Shown here: one piece after another, positions 1 to 10,000 of the stretch
How positions within the stretch are numbered: the first letter of the stretch is position 1
How the letters are laid out: each line of letters starts with the position of its first letter
From: Seison nebaliae
Lineage: Eukaryota
DNA: 64,000 bases
Direction of reading: 5' to 3'
Assembly (NCBI GenBank): GCA_023231475.1
Contig: JALJEE010003011.1
Location: 13,566 to 77,565, forward strand
Notes under the pieces: model-generated
The model's database searches: none
Told to the model about the DNA's origin: nothing
Seen by the model: only the letters and a program-made list of their open reading frames with translations
Position numbers and translations under genes: made by a program

Positions 1-489
1 GAATGCGTCACACCAATAAATGAGAATCTGTCGACCACCAACACAAATGATGTTACCAATGATTAAGTCTCGAGGACGATATGGTCGATTCGTACAAGGA
101 TTAATTACCAACGTTTTCCTCAGATAGAGACCGTGTTGGAAACCACTATTGACTATTTTCGGTTTACTTATTTCGATTTTACCATCTAAAGTGAAATATC
201 TTATAATAAAATGATGAATGACATACTGATCCTTCTCGGCTATGTTGAGATCTCGAGTGAATCCTTTATACGTCAGAATGAGATCATAATTGACGTGTTG
301 GAAGGAATGTTGAGGTAATGTGGGGGAAATAGGTCGAGAAAAATGTTCATTAAATTCAGAAATTCGAGTTGGTTCGTTATTGCCAACGTAGCCACTCTCG
401 ATAATGGGTTTCTTTTCAACAATTCTCTTTCTCAAATCGCAAGTGGTGATGGGTTTAGGTCGCCTCATCGCTCCGATTTTATTGATCAT
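1..489 (-). CDS. Partial CDS, hypothetical protein. The 5' part with its ATG lies in the window; the ORF continues past the window start.
   Basis: The minus-strand reading frame is uninterrupted from the first ATG (reverse complement of 487-489, preceded by an in-frame TGA) down to position 1. It covers more than 160 codons ('FDEKMINKIGAMRRPKPITTC...LIIGNIICVGGRQILIYWCDAF'). It is absent from the ORF track only because it runs off the window edge. I recognise no family. Undetected introns are possible. Confidence 0.35.
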   Translation of the reverse strand, partial: MINKIGAMRRPKPITTCDLRKRIVEKKPIIESGYVGNNEPTRISEFNEHFSRPISPTLPQHSFQHVNYDLILTYKGFTRDLNIAEKDQYVIHHFIIRYFTLDGKIEISKPKIVNSGFQHGLYLRKTLVINPCTNRPYRPRDLIIGNIICVGGRQILIYWCDAF

Positions 490-702
490 CTTCTCGTCGA
501 AATAGAAGGAAGTTCTACAAAGAAAAATTTCGTTAAATCAATTTCGTCCAATTCGAATTATTGTGGACAGTCGAGAATATAAAAATGAAAAAGAAATTGT
601 TTTGCGCGTTCCAATCTAACAATTTATTTTTATTCAAAATAATTTATCATTCATAAATTCTTCAATTGTTCAATATTTTATATTGAAACATTTCTTTACA
701 TT

Positions 703-1353
703 TTACCCATCCAATATCTTCTTCTCTTCTTCATCTTCTTCTGGTATCTTCTGTAAATTATCGAATTTCTGATATTGAATCTCTTCAGTTCGTCTCATTA
801 ACTTCTCGTCATTATTCTCATTTGATGAATCGTCAATTATTTCCTCTTCCTTCTCTTTTATTTTTTCTTCTTCTTTTTCCAATTTTTCTTTGGCACCTTC
901 CTCTTCCAACTTCTGTTGTTGTTGTTGTTGTTGTTGCTCTTCTTCTAATAATCGTTTTGCATTGACTATGAATTCTAATACAGTCGGTTGTTTCTTAGTT
1001 TGTTGTTCCTCTAATCTCTCGATTTCTAATCGTATTTTCTCATTGAGTAATTTACGATAAGTTGAGTCATATTCGAGAATAATGGCAAGAAAAAATAATC
1101 CCAATAAGAGAAGAACGATACCAGCTAATGCAGCTGTTAATTGAGCAAAGAGGGCCAATGCCACATCTTTCTTATTTGCTCGATTGAGGATGTCGAGTGC
1201 GGTATAAATGACGGCTAATAAGAATATGGGTATACAGATGGCGATTAATGGTGAGTAGATTCGACATGATCTGAATCGATGTAAATGGATATCGCGTCTA
1301 ACACTCTTCTCCATTTCTTTCGCTTTCTGTTTCTCCATATCATTCTCCATCAT
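703..1353 (-). CDS. Hypothetical membrane protein with two predicted TM helices and a coiled-coil acidic/poly-Q tail
   Basis: The ORF is 703..1356, but the first codon is GTG, so the first ATG is at 1353. Two hydrophobic segments ('IAICIPIFLLAVIYTAL', 'LAGIVLLLLGLFFLAIIL') are followed by an E/K/Q-rich heptad-like tail. No confident homolog. Confidence 0.45.
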   Translation of the reverse strand: MMENDMEKQKAKEMEKSVRRDIHLHRFRSCRIYSPLIAICIPIFLLAVIYTALDILNRANKKDVALALFAQLTAALAGIVLLLLGLFFLAIILEYDSTYRKLLNEKIRLEIERLEEQQTKKQPTVLEFIVNAKRLLEEEQQQQQQQQKLEEEGAKEKLEKEEEKIKEKEEEIIDDSSNENNDEKLMRRTEEIQYQKFDNLQKIPEEDEEEKKILDG

Positions 1354-1782
1354 CACAACCGAATTCGATCGATTTTGAAAGTCCTTAAAATATATTGGCT
1401 CTTGAAGAAGTTCGATGACGATATGACGATGACGATGATGATGATGTACCTTCTTTCTTACAACAACATCTCACACTGTATATATACCACTATTTATAGT
1501 TCTTGAACTTGTTATTTATGTTTCAACTCGACAACACAACAATCTTAATGAGAAACAATGAAATTTTTTCCTTTAATTTTACTCGCTACCTATTCTCTTC
1601 GAGAAGAAATCACAATTCTACTCTCCTCTCATTTATATACTGCTTCACTTTGCTTAATCTAACCGATTAAAAAACGAATCGATTTATCGATTTTCTTTCA
1701 TCTGCCTTATTATCGCATTGTTAACAACAGACTGACAAACCAAAAAAAGACAAATTCATTATTTCTTCTCCAACAGCAATTC

Positions 1783-1816
1783 CTCTTCCTCTCTCTCTGT
1801 CTCTCTCTCTCTCTCT
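1783..1816. repeat. (CT)n dinucleotide microsatellite in the intergenic region upstream of the 703-1353 gene
   Basis: Direct reading: 'cctcttcctctctctctgtctctctctctctctcttt'. Confidence 0.9.
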
Positions 1817-2480
1817 TTCATTTCTCCAAATCACAATGTTGGACGATTTAATCCGATAAAGCAAATATTTCATTAGCCTCAAGTAATTTCTCCAACAACA
1901 CCAAATCATGACATTTCATATTGGAATGTTGTTCCATTTTCACTTAAGGCAATTCATGCCATTACCGTCATCAAAGCATCTGACCAAATATTTAATTAAT
2001 TTCCTCCAAAAATGAATGCAAACAACTTATAAGGAACCAATGAAACTAGGTCAATCTCCCATTTCAATCGTTGCCCAACAGAACATTTCCAACTAGAACG
2101 AAATAGATTTCATGAACTTCGAAAAAATTCATTTGACAATTCCAAATTTTTATGTTCATTCAACCGACATCAGAAGTGCATTTAATTTTGTATGTATAAG
2201 TTAGTTCCTTTCTTCTAAATAATTATGCACATAAAAAAAGCCTTAAAAAGAAGGTTTCATTCATTAATAAGGGAAAAGAGAAATGATTTTATTTGAAAGA
2301 AAATTATCAATAATTTTACCGTTCCAACTTCCTTCCGTAAACTTTGTCTTTATACCTAAAATGATGTAAATCTAATGGAAATTATGAAAATTAATTTAGA
2401 GAATAATTCTCTTCAAGAATCGTTTTTAGAAGGAAAATGATTTTGATGAAAAAAGAAAAGATGTCTATAAAAAGATTTCT

Positions 2481-2503
2481 GTGTGTGTTTGTGTGTGTGT
2501 GTG
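2481..2503. repeat. (GT)n microsatellite just downstream of the 3' end of the importin gene
   Basis: Direct reading: 'gtgtgtgtttgtgtgtgtgtgtg'. Confidence 0.9.
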
Positions 2504-2534
2504 CTTTGTGAGCTCAATGAAGGATGAGTTTATT

Positions 2535-5500
2535 TCAGACGGTTTTCTGTTGATTTGTACATTCGGATAAGATGTTAAATACATCAGAATGAAGATTTTG
2601 AATGAAATCATTTTCTGCTCCATGATATTCGATTTCCAAGAATTTTTGGAATTGAGAGAATATATAAATTAGTATATTGTTATTCTTAAATAAATCATCG
2701 AACATATCATTCTCTAGGAGAAGGGTGAATAATAAATGATCTTTCTTTCTTGCTTCGGTTGAGACTGCTGGTAAAACCGTTCCATGATTCGTGGAGATGT
2801 CGGTATGAATCGTATTAAGAATGAGATCGTTCATTCCAATAATCTCACGGAAACGATCTTCCTCCAAATGGAATTTGATAGCATTCTCCATTTGTAAACG
2901 ATGTGAATCGTTAAATTTAGTGCCATTCGTTTTTGTGAAAATAAAAAAGAAATTGAGGAGATTAGGAAGAAATTCATGATACTTTCCCGAACGTTTAGCG
3001 ATCATTGGACAATGGAAGAATAAGGATGTTAATCCACCAGTTATACATTTCAATTCGGGAATAGAAACTCGAACATGGAACATATTCTCATCGAACAATT
3101 TGGAAAAAAGGAATTTTATTCCATTTGGTGATAATGAATCGATGAGATCGATGATAATTTCATTTCCAAAAATATGACAAGTAACCACGAAGAATAAAAG
3201 GACACCAATATGAAATTTGGGAAGATCGACGAGTTTCATTTGTTGAAAGACGAGAATATAAATTTTGGGAATGAAATCGTTCATATCTTTCTTCTCATAA
3301 TTAATCATCATTGAAATGAGTAAACTGAATGCTAAATGATCAGATCGACCGACTTGTACTAACTTCTGAAAGATTCCGAGAAGATTCGACAATTTGGACA
3401 TTAATAAATTTTTAAATTTTTCTGATTTATTTGGAACGTAATTGAGAGCGATTAATGTTCGAATGAGAATTGATTGTGGTGGTTTTCCCGTTAACCATAA
3501 TGGTGGTTTGATGATATGATTGAATAATTCAAAATAGAATTCGGGTAATTCAGGAATCGCTGAATCTTTCCGTTTCGATAATAGATATCTCGTTTCCAAC
3601 AATAAACAAATGAGTTGGAAGGCATATGTTGTGAATTCGTCTTCATTCGAGAGAATTTGTTGAATAATAGGAATAAAAACATTTTCGAATGATTCGAGAG
3701 CAGCACCACCAACATTTGCTACCGCAATTCTCAATAATAACGAATCGATTTCAAAGAGACAATGATTATAAGTTGCATTCTTCGGTTCTTTCACAATAAC
3801 TTGTGTTCGTTCAATGAAGAATGTCATCAGATCTCCCATATGTTTCATGACGAGATCCGGTTTCGCTGATAATGTTCTCAACATTGCTCGAATTATATAA
3901 TTATTCGTTTCACTACCTTGTTTGAGGAATGCATGATATAATAATTGGAGTAATGTATCAAAATGATTATTTAACATTACATCATCAATAATTGGTTGTT
4001 GTGTATTTGAATCTTTCAATAATAATAATCCTTCAACACATCTTGCTGCATATGAATGAATAACCATTGATTCATCATTTAATGTCTTTGTAATTAATGG
4101 GAAAATTTGACAGATTTCATCATTTGTGAAATGATTACGAAATGAATAAATAAATTTTATTCCAGCACCTTTCAAAATCGGATGTGTTTTCTCACTCTCA
4201 AAATCATCGATGAGACAATCACGGAAAAATTGATGAAGATCAATATGATCATTAATCGTCGTCACACCAAAACGTGAAGTGATTTGTTTGGCGCAGATTC
4301 CATTCACTAATGAAATGGAAACGTATTTCAATTGCCAATTATCCGTTGGATTCTCATGATATTGAGTGAATGATCGTTGAATGAATAACATGAACAAACT
4401 GAGAACTCTCTCTCTCAAATCAGATGATTCTACTAAATTCTTGATTAATTCTAATGCTGATCGATTTCTTGTCTCTCCTTCACTATTCTCCAAATCTGCA
4501 ACGATATAATCTTCGGGATTATCAGTAAAGTCTTCGATATCTTTCTCACGTAATTGTAAATTATTGATGACCATTTCTTCACATAATTTCTGCACTTCGA
4601 TATCCTCTTTAAAAATTTGTTGGACGAACATTTTCTTCTTGATTAACGTTCCGATGAATGCGAGAGCCGAACACACCAATTGATCATGTGTGCTATCCGT
4701 CTTGGATGGATCTAATGTCTCTGCACTACACGCGACGAATTTCAAAAGAAAAGGATTGAATTCTACATCATATTTCTCCGCATATAAAGTGACACATCGA
4801 TAGATTTGTGATTTCAAATCGTCGATATCTGATGGATCGACGGGTGGATATTTGAATGATAATAATTGAACGAAAACATTCAACCAATATTCCATATTAT
4901 CTTCGAAGAATTCTGGAAATTCCTGATAATTTAACGAATAGAAAATTTTCGTTATTAAAGTTTGAGTGGTAAGATAAAGATTGAAATTCTTCAAATCCGA
5001 TTCTGTCGCCGCTTTCTCCAAAAACTTGAAAGTTATTCCGAAAAATTCTTTCAGTCGTTCACCAATCACGTCGATGACGTGTTTGATTTCCATCCATAAA
5101 CGGTTTGACTTCGATTCGTGACGATATCGTTTCACGATCAAATTGATGGTTTGGAGAATGGATATATTCACTGAATAATCATTAACATTTATTCGAGTGA
5201 TTAAATCTTCCATCAATGACGGCCAAGTTTCCATGAAATAAGTTTTTGATATTAACGAGATACATTCAATGAGATGTCGTTGTGTTATCGACGACGAATT
5301 TACCATTCCATTAATCAATTCATTCTTCAAACAATTCTTATCATCACCATCAATAATTAACGTCTCTCTTTCTTCAACATCATCTTCTGTCCAATTTTTC
5401 TTGATGAAATTCTTGAGAGCGATCGATGCCGCGACTGCTCCATTCACGTTCTTACTTAATAAAGAAATCTTTAATAATATCGGTCCATAATTCGGACGAC

Positions 5501-5711
5501 GACTCGTCTCCTCCAAATAATTTTCTGCATCACGACGTTCTTTGTCGTTTGGACTAATCGTTTTATTCAAGAAATCCATCAACTTCTCCACATCTCCATC
5601 ATTCAACATCTCTGACGACGATCCATTTGAACCGTTAGATGACGAACCCACTTTTCCTAAATTCAAATCAGACGACGTTTGACCATTCGAGAACGAAAGC
5701 GACGGTTGCAT
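2535..5711 (-). CDS. Importin-beta family nuclear transport receptor (Cse1/importin-7/8-like karyopherin), 1058 aa, intronless
   Basis: ATG at 5711-5709. After an S/N/G-rich N-terminal extension there is an importin N-terminal-like motif, 'KERRDAENYLEETSRRPNYGPILLKI'. Further in is 'EDFTDNPEDYIVADLENSEGETRNRSALELIKNL'. This resembles the conserved 'DNPEEYIRRDLEGSD.DTRRRAA.DL' block of CSE1/CAS and importin-7/8. The ~1000-aa helical-repeat length fits. Subfamily not resolved. Confidence 0.75.
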   Translation of the reverse strand: MQPSLSFSNGQTSSDLNLGKVGSSSNGSNGSSSEMLNDGDVEKLMDFLNKTISPNDKERRDAENYLEETSRRPNYGPILLKISLLSKNVNGAVAASIALKNFIKKNWTEDDVEERETLIIDGDDKNCLKNELINGMVNSSSITQRHLIECISLISKTYFMETWPSLMEDLITRINVNDYSVNISILQTINLIVKRYRHESKSNRLWMEIKHVIDVIGERLKEFFGITFKFLEKAATESDLKNFNLYLTTQTLITKIFYSLNYQEFPEFFEDNMEYWLNVFVQLLSFKYPPVDPSDIDDLKSQIYRCVTLYAEKYDVEFNPFLLKFVACSAETLDPSKTDSTHDQLVCSALAFIGTLIKKKMFVQQIFKEDIEVQKLCEEMVINNLQLREKDIEDFTDNPEDYIVADLENSEGETRNRSALELIKNLVESSDLRERVLSLFMLFIQRSFTQYHENPTDNWQLKYVSISLVNGICAKQITSRFGVTTINDHIDLHQFFRDCLIDDFESEKTHPILKGAGIKFIYSFRNHFTNDEICQIFPLITKTLNDESMVIHSYAARCVEGLLLLKDSNTQQPIIDDVMLNNHFDTLLQLLYHAFLKQGSETNNYIIRAMLRTLSAKPDLVMKHMGDLMTFFIERTQVIVKEPKNATYNHCLFEIDSLLLRIAVANVGGAALESFENVFIPIIQQILSNEDEFTTYAFQLICLLLETRYLLSKRKDSAIPELPEFYFELFNHIIKPPLWLTGKPPQSILIRTLIALNYVPNKSEKFKNLLMSKLSNLLGIFQKLVQVGRSDHLAFSLLISMMINYEKKDMNDFIPKIYILVFQQMKLVDLPKFHIGVLLFFVVTCHIFGNEIIIDLIDSLSPNGIKFLFSKLFDENMFHVRVSIPELKCITGGLTSLFFHCPMIAKRSGKYHEFLPNLLNFFFIFTKTNGTKFNDSHRLQMENAIKFHLEEDRFREIIGMNDLILNTIHTDISTNHGTVLPAVSTEARKKDHLLFTLLLENDMFDDLFKNNNILIYIFSQFQKFLEIEYHGAENDFIQNLHSDVFNILSECTNQQKTV

Positions 5712-6078
5712 ATTAGATGCACAAAAAAAATGCTGCTCTAATAAATCTGTTAAAAGAATAGGAATATCAAATTTAAAGAGAATTATATGCTTTAAAGAAA
5801 GGAATTATCCGTAAAAAATAGGAAAATCTGATATTGGAAAAAGAGATAAAAAAAATTTGAGAGGACGATAGAAGGAGGAAATGTAAAAATGATGGTTGGA
5901 AATTTTTTAAAATTATTTTTTTTTGAAATGTTATCGTGTTTGTTAGAAGCCAAACATTTGAATGTGTAAACAGTTAAATAATTTTATTAAAAATCAATTT
6001 AAAACATGAAATTTCTCCCTTTCCAAAATTCTCATCGATGAAATTGTTGAGAGAAGAAATGGTTCATTTCCTTTATTT

Positions 6079-6095
6079 GTGTGTGTGTCTGTGTC
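6079..6095. repeat. Short (GT)n tract in the divergent intergenic region between the importin gene (-) and LIN9 (+)
   Basis: Direct reading: 'gtgtgtgtgtctgtgtc'. Confidence 0.8.
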
Positions 6096-7017
6096 TTACG
6101 TTCAATAAGCTTATGATGTTTTATTCCTTTGAAAGTTCGAATTTTCCAAAATTTTTTTCATTATACAATTTTCCAATTTTCTTATCCTCCACTTCACTTT
6201 GAAATGTTGAGATTTGTATGAATATTATTTGGAATTCGAATATTTTGCACTAATTTAATTTGAATAGTTTCATTGTCTTCCATTCAATTAAGCAACATTA
6301 TTCCGTCATCGTCACTATTTCTATTATTTCACATCAAATGAATAACACACACGAACCGAATGAGGGGAAAATTACGATTGCCGAAGTTACATTTTTTCTC
6401 TCCACAATTTTCTAAATCAACCAAATTTTTCCAGAGGAAAAAATTGACTTTACTTCTCCGAATGTTAAACGATCGTCTGGAACAATCATTAGATAATGAA
6501 TTGGGAAATAAATCGGAAGTAAAAAAGAAAAAATGACGAAGAACAATGATTGGGGAGGAAACAGTCGTTTCAATCTATATCTTTCTTATTTTCATCATTT
6601 TCATTTAACTGCTCAACAATCTCCTTTTGATCTCTAGTCACAATTTAAGTCTTTTATTAACGACCTCTCTCTATTATATTTATTACTAGTCAACGTTTTC
6701 TTATTGTTTTTGTTGTTGTACGAATCTTCACAATTTTCCTCCATTATTCTCTTTTTTTTATCATCCACTTTTTTTTGATGTGCAATTTTATTTCACAAAA
6801 ACAATTTTTATATCGTATTGTCATTCTACAAAATTTTTACAAATCTTTTTCCATTCGAATAATTTATAAAGAGACAACTTAAACAAATATTTATTTTATA
6901 TAGAATTGTTTTCATATTTTTCTTCCCAAGATCTTTTTCCTTTGTTGATTGAATCAAGGAGATTATTTTGAATAGACGAAGAAATTTCAAAGAACTGACA
7001 TTCAATTTTCATTCATC

Positions 7018-10000
7018 ATGATTGATGATAAAGTGTTCGATAAAGATCGTCTATGCAATTCAGCAACGGCGAGTTTACGACAAAATAGTTCATTGAATTT
7101 CATTGCAAATGAATGGTTCATTCCGAATACGGATGTGACTCTCGTCGATCAACGAAGTGATTATCAGGCATGTCTTCATGAAGATTTTCCTTTGTTGAAT
7201 CAACGATTATTATATCAAAAAGAATGGTATTTTATTCGATGTTTATTGGGGAATGCGAGACGATGTTCTCAATCCTTTTTTATGGAAGAGAAGAAATTAT
7301 TATATGAGAAAAGAAAAAAAGTACGAGCATTACAACAACGGAAAATAAGTGAAAGTAAATTTGAAGATTTTAAAGATTTAGGAGAACGGATTCCTGTACC
7401 ATTAGTTATTGGTAATAAAGTGATCGCTCGAACACGTGGAACAAATACGAAAGAAATCGGATTTTTCAATGGAACAATTCGTGCTGTTGATACGGTGGAT
7501 AATACTTATCGAATAGAATTTGATAAAGTGACATTAGGAACGAGAACAATTTGTGATTTGGATGTTCGATTGAATGAATTCGCTTTGGAATATATGATGA
7601 TTAAGAACTTCTTACGAAAACATCGTTTTTATAAGACGACGGCAAATGTGCCATTAACGGAAAGTAGTTTACATGATTTGCGACCAAATCGTGAGAGAAA
7701 ACATCGACAACAATTACAATTGCAACATGGACGAAGAAATCGTGGACGAATGTCGAGTAATAATAAACATTCATCACATCGTCATCATCGACCCAAATCA
7801 CCACAAGAAGAAGAAGTTGTCGTAGAAGATAAAGATAATTCGGATGAAGATACAGCCATCAAACATTTCCGTAATGCGATGCCGATGATGATTAAATTGA
7901 GAATGAATGGTGACAAATTGGGACCTTATCCATTCACATTCCTGTTGTTAGTTGTGCGTTGGGCTCGTGCCATTGAAATGAAACATCGATATATTCGATT
8001 GATGAAAGAAGTGAATGATGAATGTGAAATGATGTCATCATTTCACATACCATTAGAGAATAGACATGCGACGAAATTGATGAATTTAGTGAGGAATAGT
8101 GGAAGATTGAATCGAGATATTCGATCATTCTCACCTAATATCAAACCATTTCTTGATAACGTTTTCATTTATTATCGAGAGAAATATCCACATTATGAAC
8201 AACCGGCAATTTCAAATTCGATGCGAATGCAATTCTCACCCAGTTTCCTCGCACCTAATCCAAATTTGTTAAATCCACATTTAAATCCCAATAATTCAAT
8301 GATGAAATATACAGCAAGTGGACAATTGGTACCAAGTGGTACACCACTTCGACGTCAAGGTCATTATCAGATATTGGGTAATAGTATGCAACATTCACGT
8401 CATCAACAGATGCATATGAGACAAGATTTGATGGGGAAAGATATTCTAACAAATTATAATTATGATCCACTCACTTTCTCTCATTATTTCTATAAGAACG
8501 GAGAATTTGTTATCGATATCGGGAAGGAACATCCAAATTACCATTTCAAAATCGATATGAATCTACTTCATTCCATGTCACTTAATGAACTTTATTTGAA
8601 TGGAGAGAATTATGATAAATTGATGAATGTGGTGGATAGTAGTGGAGAGATGGAGACGATGGAAAAAGATGAAGAAAAATCGAATGAGGAGAATAGTTTA
8701 TATGAAGAAGATCATCAAAGAACAGCTATTTTCACCGCATCCGAATTATATGAACGAAATATTAATGAATGTCGACAAGATATTTTGTATTATCTTCGAT
8801 CTCATCAACATCTTCAATTGAGTACAACTGTCGTGGAATTGATTTCTCGATTATCTGGTTTATTCTATACATTGGGCGATATTTCTTCTTCAAAAATTTT
8901 AAAAAATCGAACGACTGTCGGAAGTGCTGGAGCGATGAATGTCTTCAACACGGAAATCTTATCAATGTTGAAGAGTTTGGGATATAGGAGATGTATGAGA
9001 TTCTTTAAAAATGTTATCATTTCTAAATTCAAATCATTGACAAAAGCATCCTTACATTATGGTTCTTTATTCGCTTCCTTTATGGAACCGACGATGGTTC
9101 TCATGGAAAACGAAACGGAAATGATTGATAAATCAGATTGGAGTCAATTGTATGAAAGTCAACCCTCCTCCAAACTGGAAAGCATTCGACAATCATTAGA
9201 ATTAAAAGCGATTTGGGATCTCTTTCTCGATTTTTTCATTACTGCTGAAGTGGAAAAAATAACGATGACACCACCTGCCATCAACGCTTCCGTTGAAATG
9301 TTCATGTCGAAAATGTCACCAATGAATTATCAGGAACGATTGAGATATGTCATATCAGGAAAGATGAATATGGTGAGAGCGGCAATATTATCTCGATTAT
9401 TCAATTATGATCAAATCAAAATTTTATTGAGAATTCTTTCCTTCAATTCAGTTAATCGGATTTATTTCGACGAAGAATTATTAGCACGTGCCGATTTGTT
9501 TAGTGATTATCAAAGATTGAAATTAGAATGTCGAATGAATTATTGGACGAATTATTCGATTCTTCGAATTAATCGTCTCCAACCGATTTATCGAGAAATA
9601 TCGCGTCGTAAACGAATGAATGAATCGATGGCCATCGATTATTGTATGACAGTCCGACGTCAATTGAATGGGGAAGAATGGTATATTTTGAGGAAGATCG
9701 AAAGTCTCAAACAAAAGGAATTGCATGGTCAAACTATGAAAAAGATAAAAAATTTAAAAATAAAAGATGAATCTGTGATGAAATCGAATATGAAATCGAA
9801 GAAAATCAAAGAAGATTTGAAGAAGAAGAAAAAGAAGGAGAATAAAAAACAGATTCCTTATGAATCTGTTCGATTGAGATCGATCATTTTAGATGCACTC
9901 AATCCCGTTGAATTAGCAACGAGAGAAGAGGTTAATAATTATCTTCATAAAGAAACATCGATTTCACTGATGGAAATGAGAGATAACGAATGGAATCCTC

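Noticed and set aside
343-582. Plus-strand 79-aa ORF
   Set aside because: It lies antisense to a much longer uninterrupted minus-strand reading frame (1-489), has no recognisable features, and is most likely a shadow ORF.
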